Shown here in pieces: positions 25,148-33,073 of a stretch of 64,000 bases of DNA (positions within the stretch are counted from its first letter, which is position 1; each line of letters begins with the position of its first letter). Location of the stretch: the NCBI GenBank assembly GCA_964450805.1, contig CAYVDD010000001.1:457288-521287 (forward strand). Reading direction: 5' to 3'. This DNA comes from an uncultured Candidatus Saccharibacteria bacterium (GTDB taxonomy: Bacteria > Patescibacteriota > Minisyncoccia > Minisyncoccales > JANBVM01). Made by a program: the position numbers and the translations under genes. Under the pieces are notes generated by a model. That model was not told where the DNA came from. It worked only from the letters and a program-made list of their open reading frames with translations, and did no database searches.

Positions 25148-26452
25148 TTATAGAACTTTTTTTTTCATTTCGTCCATAAGCTTGAAATTTATCTCATTAT
25201 CAGAAACCTCAAGAGCCCATTCCCAGATTGGAGCAGCAGAAAGCTTTTTTTTCTTCTCATACAAAAGTGCTTGAAGTAAAACTGCCATAACATTTAATTG
25301 GGAAAGGAAACGCCCTTCAGCACTGCTTTTAGTTCTGTATTCGTGCCAGAGGTCAAGTATTTCTTTTTTAGAAGGACCTCTAAGTCTCCTACTAAGCCTT
25401 TTAAAAGCCTTTCTTTCTTTTTTAAAATCTTCAATATATTTTCTCATCTTTTCTTTCTTTGAAAGACGCGGCCATTTTTTTAGAACCTTTTTTTCCTTTC
25501 CCTTTGATTTACTTAAAATTCTGTCATAAGGAGTTGAATCCCCGGTATAAACAGCAGAAATCTCATGAACTAAAGCCATTTTGAGAAGTTTTTCTGTATC
25601 ATAAATTCTTTTTTTAGGACCTCCAAAAAGCCAGGCCATCAAGGTCACTGTAAAAATATGTCCAGCAACTGTTTCAGGTTGTTTTACATCCCTGACTGTC
25701 CAGTACAAACGAGGCATATGTTTTAACTTTCCCATTTCTAAAAGAAACTCTAAAATGTCTGTTAATTCTTTCTCTCTTTTTTTAAAAGTTTTTGAAACTT
25801 TAATTTTTTCTCCAAATATTTTCCTGTAGCGGCGATAAAGTCTTTTCTTAATAACAGCTAAGAAATCTAAAAGCAGGGGGTCTTCTATTATCTCTTCAGT
25901 CCCTTCCCACCAGCTAGTTCCTCCGGTATTATTATCGCTGCCAAAATATTCAATTGATTGAAGGAGAGTCTCAATTCTATCTAACTGTTTAACAAACTTT
26001 GCCTCTTTACTCATTCTTTTTTCATAATCATACCAATGAGAGTAAATCTCATTCTTTAGTCTTGTTTCAAAAGAGCCAATTAGTTTTAACATTGCTTTTT
26101 TTTCTCTGCTGAACTTTGTCTTAGCTCTTTTTTCTTTTTCTTTTTTTGAAAGACGCACCCATCTCATTAGTAATTTTTCATCTTTTTTCTTTTTCCTTGA
26201 GAGCCCTTTATAGTAACTGAAAGGAGTTGAATCACCTGCGTAAACTTCAGCAAGGTCATGAAAAAGAGCAATTTTAATTGCTCTTTCTATATTCAGATTT
26301 GCTTTTTCAGCCATTAACCAAGCAATAGTTGTGACTCTAAAAGTGTGGTCTGCAATTGATTCTGGATTTCTAACTCCCATTAAAACCCAACCTGTTCGAG
26401 GCATTTCTTTTAGTTTGTTCACCTCAATTAAAAACTTGAGATTGTTTTTCAT
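25148..26452 (-). CDS. tandem HD-domain phosphohydrolase (two YfbR-like 5'-nucleotidase repeats)
   Basis: Repeat 1 reads IADHTFRV...FHDLAEVYAGDSTP. Repeat 2 reads VAGHIFTV...VHEISAVYTGDSTP. Each repeat carries a lysine-rich RLSKKEK insert. Confidence 0.65.
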   Translation of the reverse strand: MKNNLKFLIEVNKLKEMPRTGWVLMGVRNPESIADHTFRVTTIAWLMAEKANLNIERAIKIALFHDLAEVYAGDSTPFSYYKGLSRKKKKDEKLLMRWVRLSKKEKEKRAKTKFSREKKAMLKLIGSFETRLKNEIYSHWYDYEKRMSKEAKFVKQLDRIETLLQSIEYFGSDNNTGGTSWWEGTEEIIEDPLLLDFLAVIKKRLYRRYRKIFGEKIKVSKTFKKREKELTDILEFLLEMGKLKHMPRLYWTVRDVKQPETVAGHIFTVTLMAWLFGGPKKRIYDTEKLLKMALVHEISAVYTGDSTPYDRILSKSKGKEKKVLKKWPRLSKKEKMRKYIEDFKKERKAFKRLSRRLRGPSKKEILDLWHEYRTKSSAEGRFLSQLNVMAVLLQALLYEKKKKLSAAPIWEWALEVSDNEINFKLMDEMKKKVL

Positions 26453-26455
26453 TAA

Positions 26456-26929
26456 TTAGATCGAAAAATACTTAATTCGTTTAATTCTATAGACTACTTT
26501 AATAGGCGAAGAAACTTCTATTGTTTCGTTAATTTTATGGCCTAATAAAATCTTTCCTATCGGAGATTCTGAAGAAATTTTACCTTCATTAGGATTAGCC
26601 TCTAATGTGCCAACAATCGTGAATTCATTAATCTGACCGTCAGACTCCTCTAAAGTTACTGTTGCACCTAAATGAACAATATTCCTTTTATCTTTGGCAG
26701 GCAGTTTGATTAATTCAATATTTTTTAAAATATGTTCTAATTCAATAAGTCTGCTTTCTAAAAAACTTAAATCTTCCCTGAAAACAATATATTCAGGATT
26801 TAAATCATCAGACTGTAAAAGCTGGGGAGATTCTCCCTTTGTTTTTGCCATCCTGATTCTTTTTAAATCTTCGTATTCTTTTTTTATCTTTTTTAATCCC
26901 TGTTTTGTAAGATAATATTTTTCAGCCAT
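26456..26929 (-). CDS. greA: transcription elongation factor GreA
   Basis: 157 aa with YLTKQGLKKIKKEYEDL (coiled coil) and a C-terminal ISSESPIGKILLGHK. Confidence 0.9.
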   Translation of the reverse strand: MAEKYYLTKQGLKKIKKEYEDLKRIRMAKTKGESPQLLQSDDLNPEYIVFREDLSFLESRLIELEHILKNIELIKLPAKDKRNIVHLGATVTLEESDGQINEFTIVGTLEANPNEGKISSESPIGKILLGHKINETIEVSSPIKVVYRIKRIKYFSI

Positions 26930-27001
26930 ATAAACATAAAAGGGCCTCTTGCTTTAGAGGTCCAGTAGATTTTTAATATATCTTCTAAATTCAGGCCTTT
27001 G

Positions 27002-27121
27002 TCATTCTACTGAACCCGCCGTTGTTTTTGTTTTGTAAATTGCAGTCAAAAAACAAACAATAAAATCAACGGAAACAATTGTTTTAGAAAAAAAAAGATT
27101 CAGTTTTCTTTTAGTCATCAT
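27002..27121 (-). CDS. possible 39-aa small hydrophobic protein in the greA leader
   Basis: Reads ATGATG...TGA, giving MMTKRKLNLFFSKTIVSVDFIVCFLTAIYKTKTTAGSVE. It starts about 6 nt after the predicted TSS of the 27134-27161 promoter. It is below the ORF-track cutoff. Confidence 0.25.
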   Translation of the reverse strand: MMTKRKLNLFFSKTIVSVDFIVCFLTAIYKTKTTAGSVE

Positions 27122-27133
27122 ATTAACACCTTC

Positions 27134-27161
27134 ATTATATCTAGACATAAAACTGTGTCAA
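27134..27161 (-). promoter_or_regulatory. consensus sigma70-type promoter
   Basis: The minus strand reads TTGACA (27161-27156), N16, TATAAT (27139-27134), about 200 nt upstream of greA. Confidence 0.6.
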
Positions 27162-27213
27162 GTTTTTATAACCGTAAACAATAAATACAAGCATCTGTCA
27201 GAAAAATAAATAA

Positions 27214-28188
27214 TTAAACAGGGTCTTCTGCTCCTAAATTTGACCATTTACCGCACCTATCGCCCCAACGAGCAATTACTTTTCCGTCTATTCTTGCTTC
27301 AATTACCTCGCACTGATTTGGGCAACCTTTGCATTCAAATGAAGTGCATTTAATATCCTTGTTAGAAATTTCAAAACCTAAAAATTTTGTCTTGGAAGGA
27401 GGATTTTCTTTAATTAACAAAGCCACTCCAAATGCTCCCATTACAGTATTGTACTCTGGAACAATAATTTTCTGTTTTAATGCATCCTCAAAAGCTTTTC
27501 TCATGCCAATATTTTCAGAAACTCCTCCTAGAAAAACAATTGGCGGCTGAATATTTTTCCCTCTCGCTAAATTATTTAAAAAATTTCTAACTAATCCCTG
27601 ACAAAGTCCAGCCACAATATCTTCAGTAGAATGTCCGATTTGTTGCTTATGAATCATATCTGATTCACAAAATACAGTGCAACGCGCTCCTAATTGGACA
27701 GGTTTGTTCGACCTTAAAGATAGCTGACCAAACTTCTCAATTGGTACACCTAAACGAAAAGCTTGAGCATCCAAAAAAGCTCCAGTACCAGCTGCACAAA
27801 TAAGATTGAGTCCAAAGTCAACTGCTACTCCATTTTCTAAAATAATAATTTTTGAATCCTGGCCACCAATCTCTATTACTGTCCTAGTATCAGGAATAAA
27901 AAAAGATACACCCTTTGCATGGGCAGTAATTTCGTTTTTAACTAAGTCAGCCCCAGTAATTGTTCCTGTTAAATAACGAGCTGAACCTGTCGTTGCTACC
28001 CCAGCAATCTCAATATCTAGATTGTCTTTATTAATTTTGTCTTTTAATTTCTCAAGTCCTGTTTGAATAGCTTTAATTGGGTTTCCTCCGGTTCGAAAAT
28101 AAAAATTAGTTAAAATCTGGGTCTTCTCATTAATCAAAACCAATTTAGTAGAAATAGAACCAATATCAATGCCTAAATATGTTTTCAT
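27214..28188 (-). CDS. BcrAD/BadFG/HgdC-type ATPase (radical-enzyme activase) with C-terminal Cys-rich tail
   Basis: Contains YLGIDIGSISTKLVL, TGSARY, IEIGGQDSK and CAAGTGAFLD. The tail reads CTSFECKGCPNQC...CGKW. Confidence 0.75.
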   Translation of the reverse strand: MKTYLGIDIGSISTKLVLINEKTQILTNFYFRTGGNPIKAIQTGLEKLKDKINKDNLDIEIAGVATTGSARYLTGTITGADLVKNEITAHAKGVSFFIPDTRTVIEIGGQDSKIIILENGVAVDFGLNLICAAGTGAFLDAQAFRLGVPIEKFGQLSLRSNKPVQLGARCTVFCESDMIHKQQIGHSTEDIVAGLCQGLVRNFLNNLARGKNIQPPIVFLGGVSENIGMRKAFEDALKQKIIVPEYNTVMGAFGVALLIKENPPSKTKFLGFEISNKDIKCTSFECKGCPNQCEVIEARIDGKVIARWGDRCGKWSNLGAEDPV

Positions 28189-29255
28189 ATTTTTTTGTTT
28201 TTAAAATGATTTAATACTACGTCAACAAAAGCTTCAATCCTGGTATTAATTCCAGCTTCAGCCACTTGTTCGTCTAATGATAATGATAAAAATGGAATTC
28301 CTTTCTCCTGATGAATTTTTTCCAAAATTGGTCTAACAGTGATCTCTGGCATACAAAAGGCAGGGAGTAAATGAATTACTCCATTAAAACCTTTTTTTAT
28401 ATAATCCAACATTTCATAAATTGCATCTCTTCCATGACCGCCAACTGTTGATTTTAAATAAGGGTTTATTTTCCTTTGTATTACCCAGTCTTTCCAGGGA
28501 AAAATTCTTTTCTTTAAATGATAAGTTAAATCCATTTCACGATAAACTTCTATTCCTTCCTGTCCTAATTTTCTTTCAATTTCAAAATTGATTATTGAGT
28601 CAGAAACAGTAAAAATTTCTCCGATCAGTCCCACTTTTGGTATATTTTTATTCTTTTTAAGTTTAATTTCTGAAAATTTTCTTAAGATTTCTCTCTTAAT
28701 TTTGGAGAAATCTTTCTCTTTCTCTGTTTTCTCAAGTGATGCAAGAGCTTCTATTAATAAATTATCAGTCATTCCTCGTTTAACTTCCCTTGGTCTGGAA
28801 TAATGAGCTGTTTTTTCTAGTTTCTCAATAAGCCTTAATTTTTTGAAAAAAAATCTAGCTGCCTTTAAAATTTGCCAGAAAGAAGTTCCAGAAATTTCTT
28901 TTATTTTAGAAACAATATCTTTTGGGCTTTGGTCGAAAGTAACAAAATTAACTTTATAACCTGCTTCTTTTAAAACCTTATCTTGAACCGCACTATAATA
29001 TCTCAAACGGCAAGAACCGCCAAGAGCAGTGGCCATAAAAATCGTATCAGCTCCTTTTCTTATTGTTTCTAAATAATTTCCAATATTCACTTTTAAGGGG
29101 AAGCAATACATTTCAGGAGCTAATTTTGCCCCTTCAGCAATTGTCTGGGAGGTTGTCTTCTCAGGAGAAATAACTTGCAAACCTAACTCTTCAAAAAGAG
29201 TTTTGAAGGCAATGGTATAGTTTCCCCATCTGGCAAATGTTATTTTTGGTTTCAT
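28185..29255 (-). CDS. 2-hydroxyacyl-CoA dehydratase/BCR-family component (HgdB/D-component-like)
   Basis: 356 aa with PEMYCFPLKVNIGN, GGSCRLRYY and LPAFCMPEI cysteine motifs. It overlaps the activase gene by 4 nt. Confidence 0.55.
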   Translation of the reverse strand: MKPKITFARWGNYTIAFKTLFEELGLQVISPEKTTSQTIAEGAKLAPEMYCFPLKVNIGNYLETIRKGADTIFMATALGGSCRLRYYSAVQDKVLKEAGYKVNFVTFDQSPKDIVSKIKEISGTSFWQILKAARFFFKKLRLIEKLEKTAHYSRPREVKRGMTDNLLIEALASLEKTEKEKDFSKIKREILRKFSEIKLKKNKNIPKVGLIGEIFTVSDSIINFEIERKLGQEGIEVYREMDLTYHLKKRIFPWKDWVIQRKINPYLKSTVGGHGRDAIYEMLDYIKKGFNGVIHLLPAFCMPEITVRPILEKIHQEKGIPFLSLSLDEQVAEAGINTRIEAFVDVVLNHFKNKKI

Positions 29256-29288
29256 AAAAATTTAATCAACTTAAAATTATATAAATTA

Positions 29289-30188
29289 TTAAAGGGTATC
29301 AATAAAAGCCTCTAATCGTGTTTGAAAGCCTGCTTCACCTGTCTGTTCATCAATTATTAAGTATAAAAAAGGAATTTTCTTACTTTTAAATTCTTTTTCA
29401 ACAAACTCTTTTAATACTGCATCGCAACCACAGGCAAAAGAAGAAATCTCAATCGCTCCTGTAATATCGTATTTTAATATTTCCTGAATCTTTTTAAATA
29501 TTTCTTTTCCAAATTCCCAGTGGAACTTGGGGATAGAGGTAAATTCCTGTGAAGAGTCATTCAGAGTTGTACTAACTGGAACTGCATCAATAAAAACTAC
29601 CTCCACTCCTAATTTCTCCAATTTCTCTTTTGTTTTTAAGTTAACATAATCATCAAAAAGATTATAGGGATGAGATATTAAGACAATCTTTTGCTTTTCC
29701 AAAGACATTTTGTTTAAAAAAATCTGTTTTTCTTTTTTCTTCAAATCATTTTCTTTTAAACAAGCTGCTTTAAATGCCTGTTCTATTTCCTGGCTATTTT
29801 TACCGAGCTTTTTACCAAGTTTTTCAAGACTTTTTTCAAATGATTCTTTTTTCTCATCAAAAGTTTCTGTTAAAATTGGAGTCTTAACCAAAATTTTTGC
29901 CAAATCAGGCAAAGCAAAAAACTTAGGGCAATACTCTAATTTTTCTTTATTTGTTTTAAGCCTTGGAACAAAAATTAAATCACACTTTTCATCAAGCCAC
30001 ACTAAATGACCCCAGTAAACCTTGTTTGAAAAACAGGTTTCAGGGTCAGCTACTTTCACTCCTTTAGCAACAATCTGTTTATTCGTTAAAGGAGAAAGCA
30101 GAACCTTAAAACCAAGATTTTTAAAAAAATCTTCCCAAAAATATGGTTTTTTAAAATAAATTAAAGATCGAGGAATGCCTATCTTCAT
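29289..30188 (-). CDS. BCR/HAD-associated component (DUF2229-like)
   Basis: 299 aa with PETCFSNKVYWGH, EYCPKF and SSFACGCDAV. Its C-terminus GEAGFQTRLEAFIDTL parallels AEAGINTRIEAFVDVV of the neighbouring protein. Confidence 0.5.
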   Translation of the reverse strand: MKIGIPRSLIYFKKPYFWEDFFKNLGFKVLLSPLTNKQIVAKGVKVADPETCFSNKVYWGHLVWLDEKCDLIFVPRLKTNKEKLEYCPKFFALPDLAKILVKTPILTETFDEKKESFEKSLEKLGKKLGKNSQEIEQAFKAACLKENDLKKKEKQIFLNKMSLEKQKIVLISHPYNLFDDYVNLKTKEKLEKLGVEVVFIDAVPVSTTLNDSSQEFTSIPKFHWEFGKEIFKKIQEILKYDITGAIEISSFACGCDAVLKEFVEKEFKSKKIPFLYLIIDEQTGEAGFQTRLEAFIDTL

Positions 30189-30190
30189 AA

Positions 30191-31438
30191 TTAAAAAAGT
30201 GTTGTCTGTTTTGATAATTTTCTTGGCTCTTGCTGGGAAAAAATCTTTACCGTGCCATAAACACCATCATAGCCTGGCTCAATAAAAACCTTTCCCTCTC
30301 TTACTCTTGATATTCCTTCAGCAATTTCAGGCCCAGCAACTTCTTCTATATCATTCCGGGAAATATCAAGTAAAATTTTAAGCTCACTGCCAAGTTTCTC
30401 CAGTAAATTATTATACTCTCCTTCAACTTTCTTTGAAGCAACAGTCATTCTTAGTGCTTCAGCAATAATCTCTTTCAAAGGAACAAGACTTTTAAAAGGA
30501 ATGCTATTTTCTGGCTTAAACTTTTCTGGCTTTACTGCGATTTGTTCAATTCTGTTCAGAACTCCAACTGTTAACCCTTTGCCGCAATTAGGACAAATAT
30601 TATTATACTTCTTTGTTTCGTTAGGTGAAAGCCTCATTTGACAAGCCCTGTGTCCATCAAAATGGTACTTTCCTTCTTGCGGAAAAAATTCAATTGTATA
30701 AAGAAATTTTTTAGAGTCTTTTGATTTTATAGCTTCAAAAATAGCAGGATAACTTATCTCTGTGTCAAAAACATTTGCTTCTCTACCAATTTTCTCAGGC
30801 GAATGGGCATCTGAATTTGAGATAAGGGTTAATCTCTGACCTTCAGGTATACGCCAGAGCATTGAAGGATCAGCAGAAAGTCCTGTTTCTAATGCATAAA
30901 TATATTTTGTATATTCTTCAAAGCACTCTTCAATTGAATCAAATCCTGATTTTGAACCAAATAAAGAAAACCAAGGAGTCATCACATGAGCTGGGATAAC
31001 TAAACAGTTTTCTGAAACAGCTAAAACAATTTTTGCCAGCTCCTTTACATCTAACCCTAAAATCGGTCTGCCATCAGCTTTCAGATTTCCAATAAAATCC
31101 AGACGGCTATTAATTTTTTCAACAATCTCAAAAGAAGGAGCAAGAATAACAGTATGGATTTTTCTAACCTTGCCTTTTTTTGAGTAAATAGAGCTGATTT
31201 CAGCGCTTAAAATAAACCTGGTTTCTTTATTATTGTTTTTAATCTTAAAAAGCCCGCTCTCAGCAGGTTCTAATTTTTCTTTTAATTCTTTGAGCCAAAC
31301 AGGATGTGTAAAATCACCTGTTCCTAAAAGCTTAATCCCTTTAACTCGTCCCCATTTATCAAGATTCTCTAAATCCATTCGAGGAGAGGTGGCTCGTGAA
31401 AACTTAGAATGCAAGTGAAAATCAGCAATAAACTTCAT
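30191..31438 (-). CDS. PHP-domain nuclease with Zn ribbon, endonuclease Q (EndoQ/COG1379)-like
   Basis: Contains DFHLHSKFSRATS, LGTGDFTHPVW, ETGLSADPSM, ISNSDAHSPEKIGREANVF, EGKYHFDGHRAC...CPNCG and PGYDGVYG. Confidence 0.65.
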   Translation of the reverse strand: MKFIADFHLHSKFSRATSPRMDLENLDKWGRVKGIKLLGTGDFTHPVWLKELKEKLEPAESGLFKIKNNNKETRFILSAEISSIYSKKGKVRKIHTVILAPSFEIVEKINSRLDFIGNLKADGRPILGLDVKELAKIVLAVSENCLVIPAHVMTPWFSLFGSKSGFDSIEECFEEYTKYIYALETGLSADPSMLWRIPEGQRLTLISNSDAHSPEKIGREANVFDTEISYPAIFEAIKSKDSKKFLYTIEFFPQEGKYHFDGHRACQMRLSPNETKKYNNICPNCGKGLTVGVLNRIEQIAVKPEKFKPENSIPFKSLVPLKEIIAEALRMTVASKKVEGEYNNLLEKLGSELKILLDISRNDIEEVAGPEIAEGISRVREGKVFIEPGYDGVYGTVKIFSQQEPRKLSKQTTLF

Positions 31439-31860
31439 TAATCTTCTTTAAAAAGTTTGACTTCTAACAAACCGAAACCGACAAAAACTATGAGTGCTAA
31501 AACTGTAGCAAAAATAGCCATTGAATAAAGACCGACTCCTATAGCTATTCCTACTGCAGAAGCAACCCATAAACCAGCAGCAGTAGTTAAACCTATCACA
31601 CCTGATGACTGTTGGAAAATAACTCCTGCACCAATAAAACCAATTCCAATTGCAACAGCTTGAATTATTCTTAAAATATCAAAATCCCCTAGAAAGATAT
31701 CATTCATTTCCAAAGCCACAATTGTAAAAAGACAAGTGCCCAAACATACCAGACTATAGGTTTGGAGCCCAGCTTCTTTCTTTTTACGTTTCCTTTCTAT
31801 ACCAAGCAGACCTCCTAAAAAAACAGATAAAAGTAATTGATAGATAATTTGAATATCCAT
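31438..31860 (-). CDS. MgtC/SapB family membrane protein
   Basis: 140 aa with LSVFLGGLLGIERKRKKKEAGLQTYSLVCLG, typical of the MgtC N-terminal domain. Confidence 0.7.
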   Translation of the reverse strand: MDIQIIYQLLLSVFLGGLLGIERKRKKKEAGLQTYSLVCLGTCLFTIVALEMNDIFLGDFDILRIIQAVAIGIGFIGAGVIFQQSSGVIGLTTAAGLWVASAVGIAIGVGLYSMAIFATVLALIVFVGFGLLEVKLFKED

Positions 31861-31916
31861 GGTTTATAAAATAAATTATTAATATTTATAACGGGTTCTG
31901 CCCGCTATGTACTCTT

Positions 31917-32186
31917 TCAGAGCTTATAGACTTTATAACCGTCTCTTACTTTTTGTTCAACTTTCAATCCCACTGAGTCTCCTGACTTAGCTTGTTCTAT
32001 TTTTTTTCCATCAACCTCCATTGAGCCAACTTTCTGGGTATAATCAACATCTCCTCCACTTATCCTTATTTCATCTCCAACTTTCAAAACGTCTGTTAAT
32101 TTAATAACTGCGACTGAAATTTTGCCGAAATAATGAGTAACTTTTCCTATTAATTTTCCTTCTTCTGAAGGCATTTCATTTGGCAT
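31917..32186 (-). CDS. small EF-Tu domain-II-like beta-barrel protein
   Basis: 89 aa with VTHYFGKISVAVIKL...LKVGDEIRI...GDSVGLKV, resembling translation-factor domain 2. Confidence 0.4.
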   Translation of the reverse strand: MPNEMPSEEGKLIGKVTHYFGKISVAVIKLTDVLKVGDEIRISGGDVDYTQKVGSMEVDGKKIEQAKSGDSVGLKVEQKVRDGYKVYKL

Positions 32187-32256
32187 ATGTTAATACCACG
32201 AATATTTATGAATATTAATTTTTTAAATTTTTTTATTCGTGATAATTAGTGAAAAA

Positions 32257-32832
32257 TTAGCGCTTTATTGGTGGTTTCATTTTCCGACCTTTGGTTTTTG
32301 TTTCTTTAATACCTTTTATCAAGTTATCAACCAAAATTTTAGGTTCTCTTTCATAAAAAACTCTCCTGTATCCTCTGAAAGGACCTTTAGTGATTTGTTT
32401 TATTTTATCAGCTATTCCTCCTGTCCCTTCTAAAACACCGACAGATTTTTCAATTTCAAAAGCAGTAACAAATTCATGCAAAGTTCCCATTCTACCGCAA
32501 ATAACAATTACTCCATCAGCAGCTTTTGTCATTATCATGTTTCTGCCAGTATAATCAGCCCCTGTATAAATCATTACGTCAAAAGGTTTTATAGGAAGCT
32601 TATAGGTTTTCACGTGAGCTGTTTCAGAAATAGCAGGAGAAAAACCAATTGAGATTCCTCCCACCTCCTTAAAACCTAAAGCAGTAAAATAAGGAACACC
32701 TGTTGTTCCTCCTGTTACTAAGACACATTTGCGACGGGCAATTTCCCTTCCAACTTCTTTGCAGATTTCTTCAATCTCCTCGCAACAATGATTGGTTTTA
32801 GCTGCGCCTGAAACTACTATTTTATAAGCCAT
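32257..32832 (-). CDS. LOG/TIGR00725-family Rossmann-fold protein
   Basis: Contains KIVVSGAA, VLVTGGTTGVP and VIVICGRMGTLHEF. Confidence 0.5.
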   Translation of the reverse strand: MAYKIVVSGAAKTNHCCEEIEEICKEVGREIARRKCVLVTGGTTGVPYFTALGFKEVGGISIGFSPAISETAHVKTYKLPIKPFDVMIYTGADYTGRNMIMTKAADGVIVICGRMGTLHEFVTAFEIEKSVGVLEGTGGIADKIKQITKGPFRGYRRVFYEREPKILVDNLIKGIKETKTKGRKMKPPIKR

Positions 32833-32871
32833 GATAATTATATTTTATCTCTGTTTCAACTAAAAATCAAA

Positions 32872-33035
32872 CTAAAAACAGCAACGCTTATACGTTGTTG
32901 TTTTAAGTGAAGAGGGAACAATCTTTTATGAAATTGGTTATTGCCTGACAGGGCTGGACACGCCCCGGAATTCCTTAAAACCTCCTCCGCAAAAAACTGT
33001 TTGTCCTACGCGAATTTATCACGTACCCCCCTCAA
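32872..33035 (-). ncRNA. candidate ~165-nt structured sRNA (family unknown)
   Basis: It is bounded by the 33042-33069 promoter and a terminator (CAACAACG-TATAAG-CGTTGCTG-TTTTT at 32900-32874). The core is G+C-rich (GAGGGGGGTACG...GCGGAGGAGG...CCGGGGCGTGTCCAGCCC). The ends (GAGGG/CCCTC) can pair. Confidence 0.4.
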
Positions 33036-33041
33036 CTTTTA

Positions 33042-33069
33042 ATTCTAATTTAGAAAAAAGTGTTGTCAA
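33042..33069 (-). promoter_or_regulatory. sigma70-type promoter
   Basis: The minus strand reads TTGACA (33069-33064), N16, TAGAAT (33047-33042). Confidence 0.5.
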
Positions 33070-33073
33070 GTAG

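Noticed and set aside
32872-33035. Assignment of this RNA candidate (and those at 2446-2538, 36349-36520 and 49682-49818) to SRP RNA, RNase P RNA or 6S RNA
   Set aside because: No GGAA-tetraloop/AGCAG domain IV signature was found. No GAGGAAAGUCC / ACAGAA...GGCUUA P4 pair was found; the nearest case, AGGAATTCCGGGGC, matches 10 of 14 positions. Sizes are too small for RNase P. 6S cannot be called from primary sequence alone.
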